58,460 nucleotides of DNA, taken from sequence record PP627280.1. One strand, written 5' to 3'. This DNA comes from Escherichia phage SHIN8. Shown one piece after another: positions 47,740 to 56,180 of this stretch (positions within the stretch are counted from its first letter, which is position 1; the number at the start of each line of letters is the position of its first letter). The notes under the pieces are model-generated. The model saw nothing but the letters and a program-made list of their open reading frames with translations. It searched no databases and had not been told where the DNA came from. The position numbers and the translations under genes were made by a program.

Positions 47740-47939
47740 GACCTCCGACGCTTATCGCCTTGCATCTTTTCCAGGGCGGGCACTGCTAAGGAACGTTTGT
47801 AGATGTACTGGTTAGCGATTCTGATAGCGCCCGGGATGCTGTCACGTATGCGCGACATCTTAAACTTAGATATGCCATAACGGTCTTCAATTTCCGCCGC
47901 CGTTATGTAGTTCAAATCAAATTCCGATTCGTGATCCAT
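47736..47939 (-). CDS. helix-turn-helix DNA-binding protein (putative regulator)
   Basis: track ORF trimmed to ATG 47939 with GGAGGG RBS; YITAAEIEDRYGISKFKMSRIRDS HTH-like. Confidence 0.4.
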   Translation of the reverse strand: MDHESEFDLNYITAAEIEDRYGISKFKMSRIRDSIPGAIRIANQYIYKRSLAVPALEKMQGDKRRRS

Positions 47940-48004
47940 AATACCCTCCGTTACAACCGTCCACACAATACACAGTAAAGTCCTACTTTGCAACTATTTT
48001 TGCA

Positions 48005-48733
48005 TTATTGCGGAGTTGTGATAATATGGTTACCAACTTCTAACATAACGTCCTGCGGCTCTCTTCCCTGTCTTAAGCTAATGAGCCAATTATCAATATT
48101 AGGAAGAATATTTTTAGCCTGCTCAGAATCCCTGTATAGTGCAAGGTCTACCCATTGAGCCCCAAGCTTGACACGGATAGCGGTAGCGGTTTCGTAATGG
48201 TGCAGGGAACACGTAGGCCAGCGACCGCGATTATCCCAATCCTGGATATCGCCACTCCGGCGCATTCTGTACCAGCGATGGGTTAGTTTATCCATTTCCT
48301 TATCCGTCAGAGCATCCCCTTTAAGCAAAGCTTGGCGCTGTATCCAGGCCTTAAGCTCGGCGTTTTCCTTGCGCCCGGTTTTACCCTTATCTACTTTTAC
48401 CTTAAGTGCTTCCTCATAGGGATCGTTACCCTTGCCCATGTGGTAATTGAATTTGCCCGTATAGCTGCGAAGCTCTTTGGCGTCCAGCTCATGCCCCAGC
48501 TTATCGCTAACCCATGCAAGGAAAGCCGCACGCTCTGCATCCAGTTTACCCGCTTTTTGTCTTACCGCTTTTTTAACTGGTTGCTCCACATCTTCGTTGA
48601 AGTAATCCTCCACCATAGCAAGCGCCTGAGCCTTAGTGGGCACGCCCCGTAACCGCGAGCACGCTTGCACGACCCAGGCAGCAAAGCACAAATCCTTAAC
48701 CACAGTTTTAGATGTAATAGTTTCTTCGCTCAT
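48005..48733 (-). CDS. hypothetical protein (first gene of a leftward operon)
   Basis: 242 aa; GGAGGA RBS; candidate promoter immediately upstream. Confidence 0.45.
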   Translation of the reverse strand: MSEETITSKTVVKDLCFAAWVVQACSRLRGVPTKAQALAMVEDYFNEDVEQPVKKAVRQKAGKLDAERAAFLAWVSDKLGHELDAKELRSYTGKFNYHMGKGNDPYEEALKVKVDKGKTGRKENAELKAWIQRQALLKGDALTDKEMDKLTHRWYRMRRSGDIQDWDNRGRWPTCSLHHYETATAIRVKLGAQWVDLALYRDSEQAKNILPNIDNWLISLRQGREPQDVMLEVGNHIITTPQ

Positions 48734-49401
48734 AAATCCTCCTAGTGAACTGGTAATGCTACTATAAAACAGCTATTAGCTATTTGCAAGAATTGTTTTA
48801 ATATAGTGCTTAGTGGCGTACATAGTGGGCAAAGCGTGTATAGTACGCCGTTACTGGCTTTGTAAAAGTTTGCCACTATAAACCACTATCCCACTATTCA
48901 CTAATTTTTTATTTTTACACAGAGCAAAGTTTATAAGTTTACGGTTTCCCCCTTATTACCCCGTTTTCAAACAAAGAATTAGTAGTAGTAGTGAAAACGT
49001 GTAAATGCCACTATCACTACTATACTATTAATTATCTGAAAAAAGTTGGGAGTATACCCCTATAAACTTATAAACTTTCAGTCAACTAACTAAAATAAAA
49101 CTAATTAAACTAATATTAATAATAACTATAAATATATATAAAATAAGGATTTATTATTATTGTATATAGTACCTATTGGTATTATGTGATGAGTTTATAG
49201 TCACTAAATAAACTCTATAAATTTTAATAAACCTGAACGGATGCAAATCAAAAACGAGAAGTCAAGTGCTTTTGAGGGAAATTTATTGAACTATTGTGAT
49301 CGGAAGGTATATCAAGCTATAATGCGCTTAATCGCGGGATATTGGAGGAGGACTTTATTGCGCGGTTAACCGGACCAGTAGGAGGGCTGGCCCGGAGTAG
49401 T
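48734..49401. repeat. AT-rich 668-bp non-coding region with repeated CTATAAA/CCACTAT motifs
   Basis: CTATAAA at ~48763, 48877, 49050, 49127, 49216 and inverted at 49194; CCACTAT x3 at 48872-48897; (TAG)4 at 48981-48992. Confidence 0.6.
48761..48789 (-). promoter_or_regulatory. candidate sigma70-type promoter (TTGCAA-17-TATAGT)
   Basis: hexamers on minus strand, -10 about 28 nt upstream of the 48733 ATG. Confidence 0.35.
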
Positions 49402-49734
49402 TTAGAGCTGTACAGGTATGAAGTGGGCTAATGTGTCGTCTGACATGATACCCGACAATTTTTCGCTTACCCATTCGGACCAAATGCTATCCGGTTCCTG
49501 GCGGTGTACAAACCAGATTTCGGAAGTGCCTTCTTTGCGCATCGGCTTCACTTCTACAAGGAACTTGTCCTGCATGAGGCGGGTGAAGCAGACGCTGGTC
49601 ATTGGAACCGGCTTTTCGTGTTTATTGTAATAAGGAGTCAGTAATTTATTTCCGAAGTTAGCAACTTCATAAACTGTTCCTTTGCGAAGACCTCTGATGT
49701 CTGTGTAAGAGCGGATAAATGTTTTCATGTTCAC
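49402..49734 (-). CDS. hypothetical protein
   Basis: 110-aa ORF. Confidence 0.4.
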   Translation of the reverse strand: MNMKTFIRSYTDIRGLRKGTVYEVANFGNKLLTPYYNKHEKPVPMTSVCFTRLMQDKFLVEVKPMRKEGTSEIWFVHRQEPDSIWSEWVSEKLSGIMSDDTLAHFIPVQL

Positions 49735-49778
49735 TCCTAGGGCTCCCGCAGAAGCCCGTTGGTAGATGTGGTTATAGA

Positions 49779-50393
49779 TTATGCGTCCAGTCCGTTGTAT
49801 TTGCGCCAGGCGTAGAACTGAATGGCGACTGTTGTCCCGTTGTAAGAAGGCATTGCAGCTTTCATTTCTTTCAGCTCCGGCGTGCGACCCAGTTCAGCTA
49901 AAAGTTTGTCGCCCATTGCCCACACTTCGGCGGTTTTTCCTTTCAGAGGCTTGCGAGCGCCATTTTTGAAATCACAGCGAGCAGCTTTTGCATCCTGTTT
50001 TGGCGCGGCAGCTTTTGGCTCTTCAATTTTGATTTCAGAAACCTGCGTGGCAGCTTTTGCGTGTTTCATATCTTTCTCTTCCTCCTGCTCCAGAGCTTCG
50101 AGGCAGCTTTTGACGATTTCCGGATTTACCATCGGGCGCAGTACCGAGACGCTGGCAGCTGGCGCGGCGGTCGGTGCCGGGACTTTCTGCTCCGGCAGCT
50201 GCGCTTTTTTATGGTCGCGCAGCACCTGAAGCACTTCCTTCTCGACGATGTAAAAACCGATCTCGTCCTGATGGATAAGCTGTTCGTGTGCGTCGCGTGC
50301 AACCTGGCCCCAGCGGGTCTTAAGGGCGCGGCGTGCATTCGTTTTCATGGTGTAACGCATTTTGTCCTGTTCGCGGTGAGTTACTTTAGACAT
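49779..50393 (-). CDS. hypothetical protein
   Basis: 204-aa ORF, Ala/Lys-rich middle. Confidence 0.4.
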   Translation of the reverse strand: MSKVTHREQDKMRYTMKTNARRALKTRWGQVARDAHEQLIHQDEIGFYIVEKEVLQVLRDHKKAQLPEQKVPAPTAAPAASVSVLRPMVNPEIVKSCLEALEQEEEKDMKHAKAATQVSEIKIEEPKAAAPKQDAKAARCDFKNGARKPLKGKTAEVWAMGDKLLAELGRTPELKEMKAAMPSYNGTTVAIQFYAWRKYNGLDA

Positions 50394-50483
50394 GGTATAG
50401 CTCCTTCTGTTAGATTGTTTAGTTGTCTTGCTAAGTTGACTTATTATTGCCCAGTCGGATCAACTAGGCAAGATATAAATCAC

Positions 50484-50708
50484 TTATTTAACCATTAAGG
50501 CCCATCTTTTATAGCCGTTCAGCTCCAGTCTATGACCGTGATCGTTGCAATAACGTTGGATATTATTAAAGTCGTTATCATTCATATCGCTAACATCAAT
50601 ATTAAAATAGTTGCGCTTTGCAGCTGTAACGTATTGGGACAATTGTATTGAGTACAGATGTTCAATGTTGTCGATAATAGCTTGCTGAACTTTAGTGATA
50701 GTAGCCAT
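50484..50708 (-). CDS. hypothetical protein
   Basis: 74-aa ORF. Confidence 0.4.
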   Translation of the reverse strand: MATITKVQQAIIDNIEHLYSIQLSQYVTAAKRNYFNIDVSDMNDNDFNNIQRYCNDHGHRLELNGYKRWALMVK

Positions 50709-51046
50709 GATGCAACCCTTTTTATGTGGTTAAGCAGTATTTCTTTGTTGAAGTAATAATAGCCTTGCATCGTGATATTGAATAGGCCAAAAGTGCTATT
50801 TTAGATCACTATTACATCTACAGCTTTGCAGTAACGCTACGCTAAAAATGCAAAGTCTTACGTTTGCAAAGAAAGTGGATTTTATGTACATCACTCTTAG
50901 TACGTATAACGTCTATTATGTTAAATAGCTAAGTTATTGATTTATGGTAAATCTTGTATCAATTCGGACGTTATAGGAGTCTAACGTATTGATTTATAAG
51001 GGTGTAAAATTTTGCTGTTTGTAGCGCATAAAAAGGAACAAACCGG

Positions 51047-51063
51047 GATGTCATAAAATGACA
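51047..51063. promoter_or_regulatory. candidate operator palindrome ATGTCAT-aaa-ATGACAT in divergent control region
   Basis: perfect 7-bp inverted repeat next to TATAAA-like elements between divergent gene blocks. Confidence 0.3.
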
Positions 51064-51168
51064 TGTGTTTTGTCAGTATAAATGCCACGTTTGGCCTAGA
51101 CATGGATCAAGTCATGTTGTACTATATAGTCAAAGGAAAGATAAAGCTGAAAGGCGGAGGAAAATAAA

Positions 51169-51318
51169 ATGAGAAAGTTTAAAGTCATGTACTACGGTAA
51201 CTACATTGGAGACGTTAAAGCTCCGAACCGTGCTGAGGCAGAAGGTTTCGTCCGCGCAGAGATGCAACTTGGAATCGCTGATTTTGCAGCCATTATCGAA
51301 CTAGTAGAGGTATTTTAA
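51169..51318 (+). CDS. small hypothetical protein (49 aa), not in ORF track
   Basis: ATG with GGAGGA RBS, first gene of the rightward block. Confidence 0.35.
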   Translation: MRKFKVMYYGNYIGDVKAPNRAEAEGFVRAEMQLGIADFAAIIELVEVF

Positions 51319-51319
51319 T

Positions 51320-51460
51320 ATGCCACGCAAATACACGCTTACACGCGCACAGCACGCGTTATTAATTGCAGCAATGCGCGCAGAATATGCAGTTCATGGC
51401 TGGCATAGTGCCATGATGCGCGGTAAAAGCATATATGCGGACATACTCTCGCAAGGATAA
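51320..51460 (+). CDS. small hypothetical protein (46 aa), not in ORF track
   Basis: ATG 2 nt after upstream stop. Confidence 0.3.
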   Translation: MPRKYTLTRAQHALLIAAMRAEYAVHGWHSAMMRGKSIYADILSQG

Positions 51461-52025
51461 CGCACACAGCAGCACCACAGCGAGCTAATGTACATAGGTA
51501 ATGGTAATGCATTACCAACACACAACGAGCACGCTGTACCCCACAAAGCGGCGCTAATTTCAACACTCACAGGCTGTACGTTAACTCGTACGGCCTGCTC
51601 TGCTATATGCACGCCACATACGCAGCCAGCTCACAGTGAACATTAATATAATCACGAATGAAATGGATTCGTTTGGAAGAATAACAATTCTTGCAGTCAC
51701 AGACCGGTCCAATGAGCCGGCTCATAGACCCCACCTAGGATCATCAGGGTACTAATAATCACCCGAGGGCGCCTTATCCATCCTGATAGTAAGTCCACGC
51801 CTAAATCTCACCTGTCACATCCCTGTCCACCTACATCCATGACCCCACCTACCTTCTTTTTGAATATATTGCGCTCATCCTTTCTAAATATATGGATTTT
51901 GGTAGTAAATTCTGAGTCGTCAACGTATAATTCGTCTTGTAGCTGCTCCATAGCTATCATCTTTAAGCGGATGCAACCAATTTCTATCAGTTCACACCTG
52001 TTTTTAGAGCATCGAGGAGGTATTT

Positions 52026-52277
52026 ATGTGCGACTCCAGTGCAAGCGCTGCACCCAGCACCTCCAGCAATGTGGTTACAGAGGTAAATGCAATGCGATTA
52101 GGCCCATATCGCGGCTATTATGGTCGTGCAGCATGGAATGACGCTACTCAACGTTTTGAAGGCTGGATTATCTGTCCGGAACGTGTTAAATTTCACTCCG
52201 TAAAAGAGAAAAATATCGTTCTTAATTTTCAAAAATGTGTCACTAAATATGTAGAGGAGCAGGAAGAATGCGTGTAG
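52026..52277 (+). CDS. hypothetical protein
   Basis: 83 aa; AGGAGG RBS. Confidence 0.4.
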   Translation: MCDSSASAAPSTSSNVVTEVNAMRLGPYRGYYGRAAWNDATQRFEGWIICPERVKFHSVKEKNIVLNFQKCVTKYVEEQEECV

Positions 52278-52510
52278 AAGACGAGCAAAAGACAGTTGAC
52301 TACTTCGGAATGCAAATTGTTGTTCCGGAATGGGTTAAATGGCTTGCTGTCGATGGTGACGGCAAATTATTCGGTTATGAATGTGAGCCCGACATTTTAG
52401 TTAATGTAGATTGGGATAAATGGTACAGTGAAGAAGGTAAATGCCGCTGCATTACAGAAGTCATCCTTGAAGAAGAACATTGGTCACAAACCTTAGTGGA
52501 GCTTTTTTAA
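52268..52510 (+). CDS. hypothetical protein (paralogue of 52852-53148)
   Basis: 80 aa; shares VPEW..AVDGDGK..Y.CEP motif with 52852 ORF. Confidence 0.4.
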   Translation: MRVEDEQKTVDYFGMQIVVPEWVKWLAVDGDGKLFGYECEPDILVNVDWDKWYSEEGKCRCITEVILEEEHWSQTLVELF

Positions 52511-52800
52511 TGCACGTAGAAGATATTGTTGAAGGCAAAGAGTATCGTTTACTGACCGATATTGGCGGTGTCGGATATACTCCGGATGATGCGGCTTGTT
52601 TTAACGTCCTTCCGCAAGGTGCTATCGTGACAGTTAACAAGGTTGTTACCGATTTATACAGCGTTCATGACGGCAGATGGCCACATGCAGTTATTGTCAC
52701 CTTCGGTAAAGATGGTTATGTGGACCTTGATGGCGAAGACGATACTTACGAAGTTGCGTATACAGGTCTGGTAAGTCCCAATTTCCTGGAAGAAGTATAA
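52510..52800 (+). CDS. hypothetical protein
   Basis: track ORF trimmed to ATG overlapping upstream stop (TAATG). Confidence 0.4.
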   Translation: MHVEDIVEGKEYRLLTDIGGVGYTPDDAACFNVLPQGAIVTVNKVVTDLYSVHDGRWPHAVIVTFGKDGYVDLDGEDDTYEVAYTGLVSPNFLEEV

Positions 52801-52851
52801 TTATCAATCTATAATGGGCTCTACGGAGCCCTTAATTATCTGGAGGTTGTT

Positions 52852-53148
52852 ATGCTGTATTTAGGGATGGACGAAACTGGACACGCGATTCCTTCCGTTA
52901 ACAAGGAGACGCAAGTATTTACCGACTATTACGGGTCTGCTGTCCCTGTTGAGCCCTGGGCTAACTTTATCGCTGTAGATGCAGACGGTAAAGTTCATTG
53001 TTATGACGCCAAACCTTCTTGCTATGAATCTGGTAAGCAATGGATGCTTGGCGTATACGGATTACATGTGCGCTACTGCGGTGAAGTTGACATTGAAGGT
53101 GTGGACTGGCGCGATACGTTGAAGGAGATTAAAGATGTCCGCGGCTGA
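52852..53148 (+). CDS. hypothetical protein (paralogue of 52268-52510)
   Basis: 98 aa; VPVEPWANFIAVDADGKVHCYDAKP. Confidence 0.4.
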   Translation: MLYLGMDETGHAIPSVNKETQVFTDYYGSAVPVEPWANFIAVDADGKVHCYDAKPSCYESGKQWMLGVYGLHVRYCGEVDIEGVDWRDTLKEIKDVRG

Positions 53149-53221
53149 AGTTACGACATTTATAATAGCTTTTGCTGTTGCTTTATTCCTTATAGCTAAG
53201 TTAGATTTAATGATGGGATAG
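53135..53221 (+). CDS. 28-aa hydrophobic micro-protein, not in ORF track
   Basis: ATG with GGAG RBS; MSAAEVTTFIIAFAVALFLIAKLDLMMG. Confidence 0.3.
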   Translation: MSAAEVTTFIIAFAVALFLIAKLDLMMG

Positions 53222-53224
53222 TTT

Positions 53225-53449
53225 ATGCGCTTACTCATGGTGTTAGGCGTTATACTTGCCGCTTTCGTTGTATTTGCAATTGTAGACTCTAAAGAAATGG
53301 AGCGGCAAAACTGCCAACGTACTGGTAACAGCCGTGAGGATATCATTTGGCAATATATTTACGATGCAAAAGGTAATGTTATGTCAATGTATCCTCAGGT
53401 TATTACTGAGTATGAATATAAATGCAATGACCGTAACAGGTGGAGATAA
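53225..53449 (+). CDS. small membrane-anchored protein
   Basis: 74 aa, N-terminal hydrophobic helix. Confidence 0.4.
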   Translation: MRLLMVLGVILAAFVVFAIVDSKEMERQNCQRTGNSREDIIWQYIYDAKGNVMSMYPQVITEYEYKCNDRNRWR

Positions 53450-53451
53450 TA

Positions 53452-53643
53452 ATGGATAGACTATCCGATGAGCGCGTTGCTAAGCTTGCAGAATATGACT
53501 GTGCAAGCAATGAGGAGGTTATGTTTTTAGCACAAGAGGTGAAGGAACTTCGAGCTGTAGCAAAGGACTTCCTGCGTCGTAATAAATATGGTCCTTTGTT
53601 CTATCGTGATTTGTATAACCGTTTTAAGGAGATTGTGAAATGA
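53452..53643 (+). CDS. hypothetical protein
   Basis: track ORF trimmed to ATG with GGAG RBS. Confidence 0.35.
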   Translation: MDRLSDERVAKLAEYDCASNEEVMFLAQEVKELRAVAKDFLRRNKYGPLFYRDLYNRFKEIVK

Positions 53644-53909
53644 TTACCGCTCAAGAAGCTCGTGAATTAAGCGATAAGCTGGATATTAGCGAAGATATTG
53701 AATTTATCAGTAACAGCATTCGCGTAGCTGCTACAAAGGGATACAATAAAGTATCACTGGTAACAAAATACGGCGCTGTTGGCAATCCTGACACTCAAGA
53801 CCCGACAACTATGAAGATTGCTAAATGGTTAGCTGATTCTGGTTTTACGGTGTTATATTATCCTTCAATGGACCAACGTGATAACGAGCGTACTGAGGTA
53901 GCATGGTGA
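53640..53909 (+). CDS. hypothetical protein
   Basis: 89-aa ORF. Confidence 0.4.
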   Translation: MITAQEARELSDKLDISEDIEFISNSIRVAATKGYNKVSLVTKYGAVGNPDTQDPTTMKIAKWLADSGFTVLYYPSMDQRDNERTEVAW

Positions 53910-53977
53910 TTGAAGAAAATATCAAATATTGGAAAGGCTTTATTGACGAAATGTTGAAACCATTGGAGAAGAAATAA
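53903..53977 (+). CDS. 24-aa micro-ORF translationally coupled on both sides
   Basis: ATGGTGA overlap with upstream stop and TAATG overlap with downstream start. Confidence 0.25.
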   Translation: MVIEENIKYWKGFIDEMLKPLEKK

Positions 53978-54369
53978 TGCTATTAGTCGTCACCGGAGGT
54001 CGAGATTTTAAGCATGTGGAGTATATTTACGCTCAATTGGATAAGCTGCATATGCAAAGAAGGATAACCACACTTCGCCACGGTGACGCTGACGGTGTTG
54101 ACCGGATTTGCGCACATTGGGCAGAGCGCAACGGTATTAAGACAGAAGCGTTCCCTGCCCCGTGGGACAATCTTTCCTTACCAAATACAAAGATACGGTA
54201 TAACGCCAAGGGTGCTTATAATGCACAAGCTGGCGCTTACCGCAATCAATTGATGCTGGATACTGATCCTAAACCAGATCACGCTATTGTATTTCCTGGC
54301 GGAGCTGGTACTATGGATATGTACAGACGGATTAAAGCATCCGGTATTCCTTACACTTTAGCGGAGTAA
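53977..54369 (+). CDS. Rossmann-fold nucleotide-binding protein (SLOG/DprA-like, putative)
   Basis: 130 aa; LVVTGGRDF, HGDADGVD, IVFPGGAGT glycine-rich motifs. Confidence 0.4.
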   Translation: MLLVVTGGRDFKHVEYIYAQLDKLHMQRRITTLRHGDADGVDRICAHWAERNGIKTEAFPAPWDNLSLPNTKIRYNAKGAYNAQAGAYRNQLMLDTDPKPDHAIVFPGGAGTMDMYRRIKASGIPYTLAE

Positions 54370-54372
54370 ATA

Positions 54373-54843
54373 ATGGCTGACGTTAAAACTATTGTTGATG
54401 TAATGGATGAGTCCAAAGACTGCCAACTGAAGAAGTCGTTTGAAGTAAAACAGGTTACAGAGACTCAGTTAGTCTGTAATTTTGCGCGTTATTGTGGACT
54501 GGGGCGCGGGAAAGACTGGAACGGGCTTATTGTTATGCCCACATCACAGATCCTCGTTTACGTCCGCAATATTGTAGAAGATCTTTTGCGTCTTCAAATA
54601 GATATTGGTGACGTAGAAATTAACATGACCGCGAGCTCTACCATTGTGGTTAAATGGCAGTCGGGCGAGACACTGCGTTTGGAAGCGTGCCATTGTGCTA
54701 AGAGCCTACACCACCTGCGCGGTTGTCATTACCAGTTCGTTGGGTTTGTACATCCGCAAGGGTTAAGCGAGCGTACGGCGCTGGTAGCGCGTTTGCTGCT
54801 GCGTCCTTATAATAACGAGCTGGAAGTTATATACGAGGCATAA
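54373..54843 (+). CDS. hypothetical protein with Cys/His cluster
   Basis: 156 aa; CHCAKSLHHLRGCH. Confidence 0.4.
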   Translation: MADVKTIVDVMDESKDCQLKKSFEVKQVTETQLVCNFARYCGLGRGKDWNGLIVMPTSQILVYVRNIVEDLLRLQIDIGDVEINMTASSTIVVKWQSGETLRLEACHCAKSLHHLRGCHYQFVGFVHPQGLSERTALVARLLLRPYNNELEVIYEA

Positions 54844-54844
54844 A

Positions 54845-55051
54845 ATGGAAACTCCATTAGCTAAACAAATGATAGAGCGTGCGGATCGGGACGGTTTACC
54901 GGAAGACCATGCTATGCGTCGAACCGCCCAAGTGTTTGACGAGATTAGCGTTAAATATGCTATGGGTAAGAGCACCCCTAAAGCCTTATTAGGTGCTTGG
55001 GCTCGCGCTCGACGCTGCTGGTGTAACTATACCGGAGAACAGCTTATATGA
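54845..55051 (+). CDS. hypothetical protein
   Basis: 68-aa ORF. Confidence 0.35.
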   Translation: METPLAKQMIERADRDGLPEDHAMRRTAQVFDEISVKYAMGKSTPKALLGAWARARRCWCNYTGEQLI

Positions 55052-55470
55052 TCAAACACGTTAAACAGCCAACGTTGAATACATGCGTTTCCGCGTGTTT
55101 GGCAATGATCCTTAATAAACCTGTTGAGACGGTTATTAAGGAATTTCACAGTCGTTATTATAACAACTGGGAAATCACTATCAGCGAATATTTGACTAAA
55201 AACGGCGTCCAGCATCATTGTTCAGAAGGTGGTGGGCGTGAAACTTTGCATATGGGAGGTTTGTTCCTGTGCACGGTGCCAAGTCTTAATATTCCTGGCG
55301 CATTGCACCAGATTGTGATTGATATGACGGATCACAAGTTTATTGTGCATGATCCAATTAAAGGATGGGAAGGTAAAAAGTTCTATGTTGGTCCGGATCA
55401 AGATCCTGAAGAGCCTGGAGCTTTTATCATTCATACTTGGGTCAAAGACGTTGAAATCCTGCTTTATTAA
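55048..55470 (+). CDS. papain-fold cysteine peptidase (C39-like domain, putative)
   Basis: 140 aa; QPTLNTCVSACLAMIL N-terminal Cys motif and HQIVIDMTDHKFIVHDP His motif. Confidence 0.45.
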   Translation: MIKHVKQPTLNTCVSACLAMILNKPVETVIKEFHSRYYNNWEITISEYLTKNGVQHHCSEGGGRETLHMGGLFLCTVPSLNIPGALHQIVIDMTDHKFIVHDPIKGWEGKKFYVGPDQDPEEPGAFIIHTWVKDVEILLY

Positions 55471-55500
55471 TTTTCTTGCTATCACATAACCCTTCATTGT

Positions 55501-55534
55501 ATTGTGTACCCATCGAATAAGAGGGGTACACAAT
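55501..55534 (+). promoter_or_regulatory. perfect 11-bp hairpin occluding RBS/start codon of downstream membrane-protein gene
   Basis: ATTGTGTACCC-12 nt-GGGTACACAAT; 3' arm includes the first two bases of the ATG at 55533. Confidence 0.4.
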
Positions 55535-55718
55535 GACCAAACTATACGCCGGATTGTTTTTATTTGCGACGTTGATGTTCGCTGGGCTTTATACCTATAC
55601 AGTAGTCGAACAACCTTCCACGGTTATCCGAATCTTTGCAAGTACAGGGCTTTGCATCTGTCTTATTCTATTTGTTTTATGCATTGTTATTATCCAAGAC
55701 CAAAGGAAAGTTAAATGA
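55533..55718 (+). CDS. small two-helix membrane protein
   Basis: 61 aa, two hydrophobic segments. Confidence 0.45.
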   Translation: MTKLYAGLFLFATLMFAGLYTYTVVEQPSTVIRIFASTGLCICLILFVLCIVIIQDQRKVK

Positions 55719-56179
55719 CCACAATTGCGTTTGATGGAAAAGTATTAGCTGCGGACCGTGGAGTTATGCGCGGGGAAGCTGTGACTGCTTATAAGAAAGT
55801 TCATAGCGTGAATGGACATCGTGGACGGTTTTTACTGGGCTTGTGCGGTTTGACGGCATTTACCGATCAGGTGTTGCGTTATTTTAATAGCGCGGAACCT
55901 GTTAAGTTCCCTGATATTAAACTTTACAGTAAAGATGATGATTACGGGCAAACTTGCGGTCTTGCTGTCACTCCGGAAGGTACTTGCCATTTTATTTATA
56001 ATGATGGTACTTTGAGTGAGCCCATGCTGGATGGATGGGGATCTGAGGGTAGCGGTTGTGTGTTTGCTGCTGGTGCATTAGCTGCTGGTGCAAGTGCGAG
56101 CGAAGCTATTGAGCTGGCAATTAAACACACCACATGTGCATTCCTGGGAGTTGATACAATATCGTTTGAGGGTTTTTAA
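55715..56179 (+). CDS. HslV-like Ntn-hydrolase (proteasome beta-subunit-like peptidase, putative)
   Basis: 154 aa; N-terminal MTTIAF (Thr after Met), KKV, GLCGLTAFTDQVLRYF and GSEGSG segments parallel HslV. Confidence 0.5.
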   Translation: MTTIAFDGKVLAADRGVMRGEAVTAYKKVHSVNGHRGRFLLGLCGLTAFTDQVLRYFNSAEPVKFPDIKLYSKDDDYGQTCGLAVTPEGTCHFIYNDGTLSEPMLDGWGSEGSGCVFAAGALAAGASASEAIELAIKHTTCAFLGVDTISFEGF

Positions 56180-56180
56180 A

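Noticed and set aside
51339-51612. Minus-strand ORFs 51339-51566 and 51394-51612
   Set aside because: Antisense to a plus-strand micro-gene with strong coupling context, and extend into repeat-rich non-coding DNA
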